From assembly GCA_963804955.1 (NCBI GenBank), contig CAWDSQ010000029.1:1-35443 (forward strand): DNA of 35,443 nt, read 5' to 3'. The notes beneath the pieces are model-generated. The model did no database searches. It was not told where the DNA came from and saw only the letters and a program-made list of their open reading frames with translations. Below are positions 19,511 to 29,109 of this stretch, one piece after another (within the stretch, counting starts at the first letter, position 1; each line of letters starts with the position of its first letter). The position numbers and the translations under genes were made by a program. Source of the stretch: an uncultured delta proteobacterium (GTDB lineage Bacteria; Desulfobacterota; WTBG01; CAIYCZ01; CAIRTM01).

Positions 19511-19754
19511 TTTTTCAGAGGCGGCCGCAGGTATCATTGAGCTTTTAAAATGAAACATGTCATAGATAAAAAGAGCTGCCTGATTAATGAGAATCAACTC
19601 CCCCCTGTTTTTTCTTTCTGTTCCCGGGCTTGCCGGGGTGGATATTAGTCTATGAACATGCTACAAATACAATAAGTGATTGCGTGGCTCTGGAAATACC
19701 TGCCGCATGACAGCCCCGCGCAGGGGCACATACTTTAACCGCTGGATGGTCAAA

Positions 19755-21077
19755 ATGAAAAAAACAAGGTACGCGCTCCCTGTGGTTTTGCTTATCCTGC
19801 TTATTAGTTGCAAACAAGCGCCTGATACGGCATGGCAGGAAATTGACCCGTCGGTGGTGTATCCCGATTTTACCTACAAGGGCTTGAAGCCATCGTGCTC
19901 GTCCTGTCCGGCATATACTGATCTTGCAGGCAAGGCCCATGCCGCCGGAGACCCTTCCTTTAAATTCTTTTTCCGAGAGGGTTCCTCCAATAATCTGGTA
20001 GTGTATTTTCAGGGCGGCGGCGCGTGCTGGGCCACTGAAAACTGCCTGTACGAACACACCTACACCGGGGAGGTGGAGAGTTTTGAAAATGTAAAATTTC
20101 TGCAAATGCTCAGCAGGGGCTCTTTCGAGTATCTGGGCTATGGCGGGATATTTGATTTCTTTCATGCAGGCAATCCATTACGGGACTGGGATTTCGTCTA
20201 TATCCCGTACTGCACGGCCGATCTGCATGCCGGGGCGCATGATAATGCCTACCCTTCAGCTCCCGCGGTGCCGACGGCACAGCTCCATGACCAGTACGGC
20301 GGCGCTGCTCAGACCATACGCCACCGGGGCGCGGTCAATTTTCAGGCGGTGCTCAAGTGGATAGCGGAAAACCGCGCTTTGGGCAGCGCCGATAAAATTC
20401 TGGTAACGGGCATAAGCGGCGGGAGCTATGGGGCCATGCTGAATTTTTCAAACATATGCGAGGCATTCCCGGACTCAACCGCGTATCTTCTGGGCGATGC
20501 AGGCAATGGAGTCATCCCCCCGGGATTTCTCGGCACGGCCGCGCCCATCTGGGGAATGGAACTGCCGGCTATTGCCGAATTCGCCGGCAGCGATTTCAAC
20601 ACCATCACCATTGCCGGCTTTTATGCAAAGCTGGCCGACCATTATACCGGCAGCAGGATTGCGCAGTACACGACCAAGTATGACAACACGCAGGCATGGT
20701 TTTACAATATACAGCTTGCCGACACCATCAACTATCCTGAAACGTGGGGCATCGGTGAGAATGACAACCCGGGCACAGTTCATTCCGGCGGAACATGGGA
20801 AGAGCTGGTGGAAACATGGAGCGCCAGCATGCAGTCGCTCCTTGACGCAACTGTCGCGGGCCTGACCGCGGGCAATTACAGGTATTACGTCGGTGAGGGC
20901 CGCGATCATACCGTGCTTATGTCGAGAAAATTTTATACGGAGAAGTCGGGCGGAGCATCTTTTGTTCAGTGGGTTGATGCTTTTATTTCGGGCGACACAC
21001 TGCCTGCTAGCCTGGAGTGCGCTTCCTGCGGAGATCCTGTCAAAGGCGCCGGGGAAAAGCTGTATATGCATAACTGA
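19755..21077 (+). CDS. Pectinacetylesterase-family alpha/beta hydrolase lipoprotein
   Basis: Lipobox LISC; VYFQGGGACW, YIPYCTADLHAG, GISGGSYG nucleophile elbow, DHT. Confidence 0.88.
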   Translation: MKKTRYALPVVLLILLISCKQAPDTAWQEIDPSVVYPDFTYKGLKPSCSSCPAYTDLAGKAHAAGDPSFKFFFREGSSNNLVVYFQGGGACWATENCLYEHTYTGEVESFENVKFLQMLSRGSFEYLGYGGIFDFFHAGNPLRDWDFVYIPYCTADLHAGAHDNAYPSAPAVPTAQLHDQYGGAAQTIRHRGAVNFQAVLKWIAENRALGSADKILVTGISGGSYGAMLNFSNICEAFPDSTAYLLGDAGNGVIPPGFLGTAAPIWGMELPAIAEFAGSDFNTITIAGFYAKLADHYTGSRIAQYTTKYDNTQAWFYNIQLADTINYPETWGIGENDNPGTVHSGGTWEELVETWSASMQSLLDATVAGLTAGNYRYYVGEGRDHTVLMSRKFYTEKSGGASFVQWVDAFISGDTLPASLECASCGDPVKGAGEKLYMHN

Positions 21078-21150
21078 AGCTGTGCAGGGCCTTGCTTCGG
21101 GATGCTCATTACATCAGGGTACGGCCACTGATTAATCCGAAAAAAGTACT

Positions 21151-21468
21151 TCAGCAGGCTGCGGAAGCGGCTTGCTTTTTAACCGGCGGAATCTTTTTAT
21201 ATTCGCCCGCATTGCGCTGAAGGGTATCCCACATATCCACATCCATTTGAAGCCCCAGCCAGAAATCCGGAGTTGTATTAAAATACTGCGCAAGGCGAAA
21301 GGCGGTATCGGTTGTAATTGATCTCTTTCCAAGCACAATCTCGTTTACCCGCACTCTGGTAATGCCGATAGCCGTGGCAAGCTGCAGCTGGGTCATGCCC
21401 AGCGGCTCCAGGAACTCATATTTCAATATTTCCCCCGGAGGGGTTGGCCGCCTGTGTTTAGGTAACAT
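21151..21468 (-). CDS. higA: HigA family antitoxin (Xre HTH)
   Basis: PTPPGEILKYEFLEPLGMTQ...ITTDTAFRLAQYFNTTPDFWLGLQ. Confidence 0.93.
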   Translation of the reverse strand: MLPKHRRPTPPGEILKYEFLEPLGMTQLQLATAIGITRVRVNEIVLGKRSITTDTAFRLAQYFNTTPDFWLGLQMDVDMWDTLQRNAGEYKKIPPVKKQAASAAC

Positions 21469-21479
21469 GGTGCACCTCG

Positions 21480-21761
21480 TTAATGGTATTGGGTTAATTC
21501 AAGGTTTACAATTTCGCCGTCTTTAAACAGAAAGCATAATCTCCATGGCCCGTTGACCGAGATAGCCCACTGGCCTTTGCGGTCGCCGCGGAGCTGATGC
21601 AGGTGGTTTGAAGGCGGCGAGCAGATGTCCTTGAGCTCCCGTGCACGGTGAAGCATATCCATCTTCCGCAGCAGCTGTGCAACAAGTTCCGGCTGCACTC
21701 TTTTGTGCCTGCCGTTATGCCAGAAGTCTTCAAGCCATGGTTGGGCAAAAGATTTGATCAT
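21480..21761 (-). CDS. higB: HigB (RelE/ParE family) toxin
   Basis: MIKSF...PPSNHLHQLRGDRKGQWAISVNGPWRLCF...YH, upstream of higA. Confidence 0.93.
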   Translation of the reverse strand: MIKSFAQPWLEDFWHNGRHKRVQPELVAQLLRKMDMLHRARELKDICSPPSNHLHQLRGDRKGQWAISVNGPWRLCFLFKDGEIVNLELTQYH

Positions 21762-21767
21762 TGGTTT

Positions 21768-21796
21768 AGTGTATCATGCAACGGTACTCGTTGCAA
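21768..21796 (-). promoter_or_regulatory. higBA promoter with operator-like inverted repeat
   Basis: TTGCAA-N17-TACACT; GTATC-N7-GGTAC at 21771-21787. Confidence 0.6.
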
Positions 21797-21928
21797 GCAG
21801 TACGTTTTTGGAGCTGCCGAATTGCTGTATTCATTTATTCATGGACGTCCCCTTTTTGGTTCACAGATTCCTGTATCATTGCAAGTCAACAAAGCCAACA
21901 ACGCCCCCTTAATGCCTCAAAATAATCC

Positions 21929-21956
21929 TTGCATATAATTATATAAGAATTATTAT
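21929..21956 (+). promoter_or_regulatory. brnTA promoter with palindromic operator
   Basis: TTGCAT-N16-TATTAT; perfect palindrome ATATAATTATAT at 21933-21944. Confidence 0.55.
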
Positions 21957-21962
21957 AGCAAT

Positions 21963-22253
21963 ATGGATAAAATAATATTTACCTGGGATGATCGTAAAGC
22001 AACCGAAAATCTGCGCAAGCACGGCGTTTCATTCGAAGAAGCTGCCACCGTATTTATGGATGAACATGCCAGACTTTTGCATGACCCGGATCATTCCGGT
22101 GATGAAGACCGTTTTATTCTTCTTGGATTGTGTTCAGTCATTCGTTTGCTTGTTGTCTGCCACGCCTATAGAAGTAATGATCAGGAAATACGAATCATTT
22201 CATCTCGAAAAGCAAATAAACAAGAAACCAAACAGTACAGAGGTTTTATATGA
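21963..22253 (+). CDS. brnT: BrnT family toxin
   Basis: FTWDDRKATENLRKHGVSFEEAATVF...EDRFILLG...IRIISSRKA. Confidence 0.93.
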   Translation: MDKIIFTWDDRKATENLRKHGVSFEEAATVFMDEHARLLHDPDHSGDEDRFILLGLCSVIRLLVVCHAYRSNDQEIRIISSRKANKQETKQYRGFI

Positions 22254-22462
22254 GAAAACAGTACGACTTTTCAAAATCAGTAAAAAACCCTTATGCAAAG
22301 CACCTTAAAAAACAGGTAACGCTGCGGCTGGGCACCGATGTCGTCGCATATTTTAAATCGCTGGCGGCGGAGACAGGCGTGCCGTATCAGAATCTGATTA
22401 ACCTCTATCTTCAAGACTGCACCCGATCAGGCAAAAAGCTCACGTTGAAATGGGCGTCCTGA
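22250..22462 (+). CDS. brnA: BrnA/CopG-like RHH antitoxin
   Basis: ATGA overlap with brnT; YDFSKSVKNPY...VTLRL...YFK...PYQNLINLYL. Confidence 0.9.
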   Translation: MRKQYDFSKSVKNPYAKHLKKQVTLRLGTDVVAYFKSLAAETGVPYQNLINLYLQDCTRSGKKLTLKWAS

Positions 22463-22886
22463 ATTTTTTTGGATTGCAGAGTGTGGGTGCGCTTTAGTTT
22501 GTGTGATTTGTCAACAACGCCCAAGAATTTGGACGCCCCCTTTTATTTCCAAAAAAAATGGAGCAACAACACCCTTTTTTAGCGTTTGGGGAGAAGTGCC
22601 TTCCACGTCTTCTGCTGCATATTTTTCCAGTGTCCGCCAAAACGGGCAAGATTCATAACGCCCCCCCCTTTTTCCCTCTTCGGCTTCTTCCGTATTATCC
22701 AATTGCATCTTTAAAACGGCTATTGTATAAAGCGCGGCAGGTACGGCAACAGCCGCACCCTATCAGGCAGGTATCGACAAATATATAATATGACAGACAA
22801 CCGATCTGCCTTCTGAAAATGCTTGGCCGGCATGCATCCCTCTACCGGAATGCTGCTGACGGCTTGCCTAACTGAGCATATGCGCC

Positions 22887-22976
22887 ATGGACAACTTTTC
22901 AATGTTCATTATCAGCCTCGCCCTGGTTTTTTATACAGTAGGCGTATGGAGTGAGCGCCTTTCAGGCAGACTCAAG
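22887..22976 (+). pseudogene. N-terminal fragment of an HsmA/TIGR03987-like membrane protein
   Basis: IISLALVFYTVGVWSERLSGRLK, then abrupt loss of similarity into repeat DNA. Confidence 0.6.
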
Positions 22977-23126
22977 ATGCCAACTGTTGAGAATCCTGCA
23001 TTTTGTCCAACCCTTTTTATTGCACCGCATACGCCGTGCGTTATACAAACAGAAGTTAGAATTCAGAAGCCAGAATTCAGCAGGGCTAATCAGAATCCAA
23101 AAGCCCGTAGTCAGAATAAAAAAGAA

Positions 23127-23489
23127 CTACATGCTGAACCGGTCACAGTTTGTGACCAGTTCATTTTTTTCTTTCCGGGTTAGCTGAAACATGAAATCTT
23201 GAGGGAAACGGCTGCTATTTCGTTTAACCGCCTGTTTTAGGACTTTTGTATCTACAGCGTAGAGAGCTGCCAGATCGCGGTCGAGCATTACCTTCTGCCC
23301 GCGGATCAGGTAGGTTTTATTGTCTTCAGGAAAATTATCGCCTATGGCGATGTTTTTCAGAAGGAGGCAACTTAAACACTTCGTATTTTTTGCTTTCCGC
23401 CCTTTTAGGGCGAAAGCAAGCCCCCTGCTGTGCAGATGGTTGTTGGCTACGTTGAGTTCAACCGGAACAGGCTGCTTTGAATCCCCCAT
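23127..23489 (-). pseudogene. ORF6N-domain DNA-binding protein, C-terminally truncated, with in-frame ~126-bp insertion
   Basis: [12 protein letters not shown][42 aa][50 protein letters not shown]. Confidence 0.8.
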
Positions 23490-23681
23490 GATCCCCGCCT
23501 TCTTGCATGCACTGACTTCCGAATCTTTTATGACGCGTTCTTTTTGCGTGCTGGTGTTTTTAAAGGCAAAAAGAAGCTTAATTTTTATAAACCTATTAAA
23601 AAATGATTTCTGTGTCAATTAAAATAATAATTATATAAAAAATAATTCAGAAGCCAGTAAGAGCGCGATGCTCGCGCTCTA

Positions 23682-23781
23682 CAGTTCAGAGTCATGAGTT
23701 CGGAGTTCAGAGTTCGGAGTTGGGAGTTCGGAGAGCGAAGAGCGAAGAGCGAAGGACAGAGGCCAAGGAACTGAGGTCAGA
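23682..23781. repeat. Degenerate heptamer tandem repeats
   Basis: (GAGTTCG/GAGTTCA)n then (GAGCGAA)x3. Confidence 0.75.
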
Positions 23782-23944
23782 AAAAAAGCTGTCATTGCAG
23801 CAGTTGGAGCCGTGTAGTACAAAAACATCCAGCCACCTCAGCCCGACCCTCTCCCCCATACAACAATGGCGGAGAGGGAGAAAGATCAGAAACCGGTAGA
23901 TGGAAGCCGTGATTAATCGGGGCCATTATGATCGCCGGGCCCGG

Positions 23945-24052
23945 TACGGAGAGAAGTGCAGGATCTCTTGTAGAGCATGACCTTATGCCCGCGGATGAGG
24001 TACATTTTATTCTTAACCAGTTCAACCGGAACAGGCTGCTGTGAAGCCCCAT
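23945..24052 (-). pseudogene. Second ORF6N 5' relic (frameshifted)
   Basis: Shifted frame reads QQPVPVELVKNKMYLIRGHKVML; nucleotides 24019-24060 match 23454-23496. Confidence 0.7.
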
Positions 24053-24086
24053 GAAGCCCCCTGCCCCCGTTTAGTCTCCGGCATTC

Positions 24087-24449
24087 TTACAAATATAATT
24101 TGACCGGCTCAGCGCTGCTGTCCGGATTACAATTCTGCTCAACAAAATCGGCTATTTTCTTTTGATGATCGGGCAGAATGTGAATAAACTGTATGCCCAT
24201 ACCGGCAGGAGACGCGTTGGAAACAGATTTCGTCCAGACGACGCGTCCGTCAATGGCCATAATTTCAGGATCGCCGGGCAGCTGAAGATTTAAAGAAAAT
24301 TCAGCATCGATTGGCAGAAGGTGACTGGTTTTAATAAACATGCCGGAGCTGCTCATATTCATGACATAAGCATCCCGGCCATTTCCGGTATCACATGACA
24401 GAAGCTTCAGATTGATCGATATGCGCGCTGTTTTTCTTAAATCATCCAT
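24087..24449 (-). CDS. Stand-alone PilZ domain protein (c-di-GMP receptor type)
   Basis: RKTAR (RxxxR), NMSSSG (D/NxSxxG), GRVVW and GMGIQF motifs. Confidence 0.85.
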   Translation of the reverse strand: MDDLRKTARISINLKLLSCDTGNGRDAYVMNMSSSGMFIKTSHLLPIDAEFSLNLQLPGDPEIMAIDGRVVWTKSVSNASPAGMGIQFIHILPDHQKKIADFVEQNCNPDSSAEPVKLYL

Positions 24450-24720
24450 GTACCCGCCTCATCTAGTTTTATAAGGACCGATAAGTTTTATGCAGATTCA
24501 ATCAATAAAGCCGGTAGAGCGGCAAGCCTGGAGACTGTCATACAATCGCAACCTGCTTATATAAAAATGTTGCGACTTTCGTATAAATGTTAAAGCAAAA
24601 AATAGTAATCCGCTTTTTTTTAGCCTGCTGTAAGTTTAATTAAGCGAAAGATATTTAATATTAAATAGACATATTAAAAATAATTCTATGTGTCAATGAA
24701 TAAATGAAGAAAAATAAAAA

Positions 24721-24879
24721 AAGGCTGTAGGCTTTTAGGCGGTAGTGAGACAGAAGGGTTCAGGGGGCGGGGTTCAGGGATCAGGGGGCAGAAGTCAGAA
24801 GCCAGGAGTCAGAAGGCGGAACAAGAAAGGCTGTAGGCGGCAGGCAGTGGGGACAGTTAGGAGTTAGGAGTTCGGAGTG
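24721..24879. repeat. Degenerate heptamer tandem repeats
   Basis: AGGCTGT, GGGTTCA, AAGTCAG and GGAGTTA 7-mer runs. Confidence 0.7.
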
Positions 24880-24940
24880 GCATCCGGCGGGACGCCCAAT
24901 AAAACGTAAGGGGCCGCCGCGGCGGACAGGATGTAACCCC

Positions 24941-25144
24941 CTATGCTTTTGATGCAGGGCTCTTTTCTTTTCGTGTTTCCCAGGCAAACCGGACGCACTG
25001 CGAAAGCCATTGAAGCTTCTGTTCGGGCTTTAAAACGCTAAACTCCGTATGCCCGTCAAAAAGCTCATCGGGCAGAGCCCGCACATTGGCCTTCATGCCC
25101 TTTGAATCCCGTTTTGCTGCACCGGGTGAGCGCTGTGTCTTCAC
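24941..25144 (-). CDS. Small hypothetical protein coupled to the NTase
   Basis: GTGA overlap with the upstream stop; AGGAGG RBS; FDGHTEF..LKPEQKLQWL. Confidence 0.6.
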   Translation of the reverse strand: MKTQRSPGAAKRDSKGMKANVRALPDELFDGHTEFSVLKPEQKLQWLSQCVRFAWETRKEKSPASKA

Positions 25145-25665
25145 GCTTCCTCCTCAGGAGAGCTTAAAAGTTTTTTCAGCATCCGGATATCGAACAAATC
25201 TTTTTCCCGCGGCGGATCAATGGCTTGTTTAAGGGCCAGAAGCTTCTGCCGGGAAAGCACCCGTATGGATTGGTTTTCAATATCGATCAATTCACTGTCA
25301 TCTTTAAGTTCGTTGTAGGAAAGGCTGTCTGCTATAAAAAGATCAACCTGCCGGAATGGCTTGTCAGGATCAACAAAAGTAAAAACAAGAGCGTGCTTTT
25401 CTTCGACAAACATTTTTCTTGTTGCAGGGTCAAGCAGCGATTCGGCAGGCACAGGAGCACGAGGTTTGAGGCGCAGCTTGTGCATTGCGCCGAGAAATCT
25501 TTTAAGATTTGCCCGGCGTAAATCCACAGACAGATCAATATCCATGGTAAGGCGCTCGACACCCTGAACAACGAGGGCGACCCCGCCGCAGACAATAAAA
25601 TCCACACCGCTTTCTTTGAGCGTCAAAAGTATTTCCGAAAGATGGTTTAAAGCGCTCGTGGGCAT
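25141..25665 (-). CDS. Nucleotidyltransferase (DUF6036/AbiEii-like, pol-beta fold)
   Basis: IVCGGVA...RLTMDIDL, VDLF and LLALK...REKDLFDI motifs. Confidence 0.8.
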   Translation of the reverse strand: MPTSALNHLSEILLTLKESGVDFIVCGGVALVVQGVERLTMDIDLSVDLRRANLKRFLGAMHKLRLKPRAPVPAESLLDPATRKMFVEEKHALVFTFVDPDKPFRQVDLFIADSLSYNELKDDSELIDIENQSIRVLSRQKLLALKQAIDPPREKDLFDIRMLKKLLSSPEEEA

Positions 25666-25848
25666 GTGTCAACCGTACGGATATGCGTCGTGCATCATAT
25701 GTGTTTGTACATATAACTAAATGCGTTTATTTGCAACAGGCATGCGGCACTATGTTCGCAGGGGCGTTCGGCTGGAGCAATTAACTAAATCGTGTAGACT
25801 ACAATCAAAGCATAGTTGAACGTGTCAGCAGTAGTGCTTCATTGCGTG

Positions 25849-25913
25849 CCATTTCCGCTTGACGGGAATCCCTTTTGGCACGCAGAAAAATGATTCCGGA
25901 CAAGCCGGAATGA
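25849..25913. repeat. GTCAT-type double-hairpin repeat (degenerate)
   Basis: CCATTTCCGCTTGACGGGAATC ... GATTCCGGACAAGCCGGAATGAC. Confidence 0.55.
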
Positions 25914-25996
25914 CTGGGTGTGTTCCTCGATACCACATGAATACCGGTTATAGTAATTTATTAAAAGCTCTAAACGCCCGGTGTGCGGTGTAAAAA

Positions 25997-26045
25997 ATTC
26001 TGAATCTTAATTCTGGATTCCGACTTCTGAATTCCGGCTTCTGAC
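25997..26045. repeat. Heptamer tandem repeats (TTCTGAA-like) after the ABC-F stop
   Basis: ATTCTGA ATCTTAA TTCTGGA TTCCGAC TTCTGAA TTCCGGC TTCTGAC. Confidence 0.65.
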
Positions 26046-26046
26046 G

Positions 26047-27680
26047 TCACGCCGCCTGAACAGTGCGCTGGGTTTTGCTGACATAGTATTCGTAGCTGCC
26101 TTCATAGATGATCATCTCGCCGTGGTCGATCTCAAACACGCGGCCCACGAGGCAGCGGAGGAAATAGCGGTCGTGGCTGACCAGCACCACCGTGCCGGTA
26201 AACTTGGCAAGGGCCTGCAGCAGTATCTGGCGCGACTGGAAATCGAGATGATTGGTGGGCTCATCCAGTATCAGCAGATTTAAGGGCCGGGCAAGCAGCG
26301 TTGCCAGCAGCACCCTGCTTTTCTCGCCGCCGGAGAGCAGCTTGATGCGCTTCTCAACAGCATCGCCCTGAAACAGAAATGCCGCGCAGAGATTTCTGAC
26401 CACGCCGATATTTGCCATGGGTATGGCATCCTGCACAGTTTCGTACACGGTTTTGTCGGGATCGAGCAGGTCCATGGCATGCTGGCTGAAATAGCCGGGC
26501 ATAACGTTTGCGCCGATGGCAAGGCTGCCGGTTGTGGGTTCGGTCTGGCCGGCCAGCACTTTCAGAAAGGTCGACTTGCCCGCGCCGTTGACGCCAACCA
26601 CGGCGATCTTGTCCTGCCGCCGGATGGTGCCCGATACGCCGCCGAAGACCGATTTCTCTGTGCCGTCGTCATGCTGCCACACCTTGCCGAGATTCACAAT
26701 GCGGGCCACATCATCGCCCGAGCGCGGCGGCTCGGCAAACTCAAAGGATACGACCCTCTGCTCGGGCGGCAGCTCGATGCGCTCGATTTTATCTATCTTC
26801 TTCACCCGCGACTGCACCTGCGAGGCATGGGAGGCCCGGGCGGCAAAGCGCGCGATGAAGTCCTCTTCCTTGGCAAGCATTTCCTGCTGCCGGCGATAGC
26901 TGGCCAGCAGCTGCTCGCGCCTGATCTCGCGCTCGCGCAGGTAAAAGTCGTAATTGCCCGAATAGGTGGTGAGGCTCTGGTTGGCAACCTCGATAATGCG
27001 CGACACGATGCGGTTCATGAAATCGTGATCATGGCAGGTCATGAGAAGCGCGCCCTTAAACTGCGTGACAATCCAGTCTTCGAGCCAGACGATGGACTCA
27101 AGGTCAAGATGGTTGGTCGGCTCGTCAAGCAGCAGCACATCGGGGTTGATGGTAAGTATTTTCGCCAGCTCGATGCGCATTTTCCAGCCGCCGCTGAAGG
27201 ACTCAACGGGCCGGTCATAATCATCGGGGCCAATGCCAAGGCCGGTCAGCACGGTCTGCGCGCGAGACTCAAGGTCATAGCCGCCGCTGTGCTCGAACTG
27301 CTCCACGGCATTGCCGTAGCGCTCAAGCAGCTCGCCATTTCCTCATCAGCCATGGGCAGGGCCATGGCCTGCTCCATCCGGCGTATCTCCTCCCCCAGGC
27401 TCATCACATCCCCTACGGCCGACATGACCTCGCCAAGGGCGGTCCGGCCGGCCATATCGCCCACATCCTGGGAGAAATAGCCGATTTTCGTGCGCTTCGG
27501 GACCGATATATCGCCAGTGTCAGCCTCTTCCTGACCGGTAATGAGGCGGAAGATGGTGGTCTTGCCCGCGCCGTTTGGCCCCACCAGGCCCGTGCGCGTG
27601 CCGGGCAGGATCTGAAGGCTCGCATTCTTGAAGAGGATCTGCGAGCCGTGCTGCTTGCTGATATTGGTAATATGGATCAT
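26047..27680 (-). CDS. ABC-F family ATPase; frameshift near 27330
   Basis: GPNGAGKT, FSGGWKMR, LLLDEPTNHLD, second Walker A GVNGAGKST, LSGGEKSR, VSHDRYF. Confidence 0.93.
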
Positions 27681-27809
27681 TATAGCTGCTCCGGTAAAAC
27701 AGGTATACTACCACGCGCAGCGCAGCCGGGCAAGGGTTTTGGCAACATTCAATACACCGCAAGACCGCCTGGGCCCCCCCCCCCGACTGTGTAGCAATTA
27801 AATAGTGCG

Positions 27810-28696
27810 GTCATCCTGAGTGAAACGAAGGATCTCTGGCGTTGCGTCGTGGGCCTTCACATTTGAATTTGTTGGATGAGATACAAACTTTGATCTGAAC
27901 AGCAGGACGCTGGGATTTTATTTTTTCAATGAACCTATGCCCCTGATTTTCATAGAGTGGCATTAAGAAAAGGGTGACTAAAACAGTTAATTTCAAAGGT
28001 GAAGGCCCAAGTAGGGGCGAATGGCCATTCGCCCTTTCTCATATATCATCAAGCAACCAGATTCTTCGTCGCCTGCGGCTCCTCAGAATGACATTTATTT
28101 TAGTCAGCTACCTCCGGCAGAGCCGGAGGCCTGCCGTTTGCTGGCCCCTCAAAGGGGCCTATTCGCAAACGGTGAAAAACAAAATCCGTTACGTTTTGCG
28201 GCTGTAGGGCGGGTGCAGCAAAGCGAAACCCACCACATGTATTCATGCCCGTTAATGGTGGGTTGCACCCACCCTACCGATTCTGAATGAAAACCCCGAA
28301 CCATACATGTGTTGGGTTCGCCCTTATGCCTGTACTTCTTCGTAAGCAATTGTTTTTGCATAGGTTGGGTTGAGGTACGAAACCCAACGGTTTCTTTGAG
28401 GTAATTCAACCCGATCGTCATGCCGACGAAAGTCGGCATCCAGAGTATTAAAAATCAGGTGTTTTCTGGACCCCGTTTTTCAACGGGTGACGGCTTTTTA
28501 AAATTTTATCAATTGAAGCTACCGACTGCAACAGGGCCCACTTGGGACTGGTGGGCCTTCACATTTGATTCTGCAGGCCCCCTCACCCCAACCCTCTCCA
28601 ACCAGGGGAGCGGGAGCCAACAATTTTACCCTCCCTTGATGGGAGGGATTAAGGGGAGGGTGATAGCAACTGATTATTTCAAATGTAAAGGCTTAC
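27810..28696. repeat. Composite cluster of nested palindromic repeats and MITE-like elements
   Basis: GTCATCCTGAG pair (27810/28059-28093), TIR shells (27849-28010, 28551-28696), GTAG-type REPs (28011, 28204-28277, 28361-28388), CCTCCGGCAGAGCCGGAGG hairpin (~28111), CGTCAT pair (28416-28492). Confidence 0.8.
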
Positions 28697-29028
28697 AAGA
28701 GTAAAAACGGGGGAGTTAAAATACAATGCATACATTGTGAACACAATAATCCAAGGATTTGGTCAATAAGTATACACAAATAGCCGGTTAGTTTCTCCAG
28801 GCTTTTTTTCTTATCCGCTCCCGCCACTTCAAACACATCACTAAAAATTTTAAATAACATAAATAGCATATTTAAAAACCTCTTTCGGCATAATACGGTG
28901 CCCCTTAAATAGCATATCCCCCTACGGCATATAAAAGTAAAGGCAGTCCGGCAAATATTTTTTTAGAATCTTGTTCATAAAGAGAACATGTGTATGTATA
29001 TTTTTTTTACGTATTTTCATTTTTCCAC

Positions 29029-29059
29029 TTGACAGTGTTTAAATTGTGAAATATATAAC
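29029..29059 (+). promoter_or_regulatory. Putative sigma70 promoter of the DUF485-actP operon
   Basis: TTGACA at 29029, TATATA/TATAAC 17-19 nt downstream, within an AT-rich leader. Confidence 0.5.
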
Positions 29060-29109
29060 AGTCAGTTTGTTCATTTTCTTTACCTATTCACTTAACAAGG
29101 AGAAAAAAA

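Noticed and set aside
23682..23781. CRISPR array
   Set aside because: 7-nt tandem units without spacers; no cas genes
24515..24600. c-di-GMP-I riboswitch upstream of pilZ (minus strand has TATGACAG...GCTTGCC)
   Set aside because: Only the 3' end resembles it; the GGCAAA/GNRA P2 stem is not evident. An Rfam cmsearch would settle it.
21140..25700. Integron cassette array or prophage
   Set aside because: No integrase, no convincing attC sites, mixed gene orientations, no phage structural genes
27811..28704. Short ORFs in the repeat cluster
   Set aside because: Translations of palindromic repeats; no coding signatures
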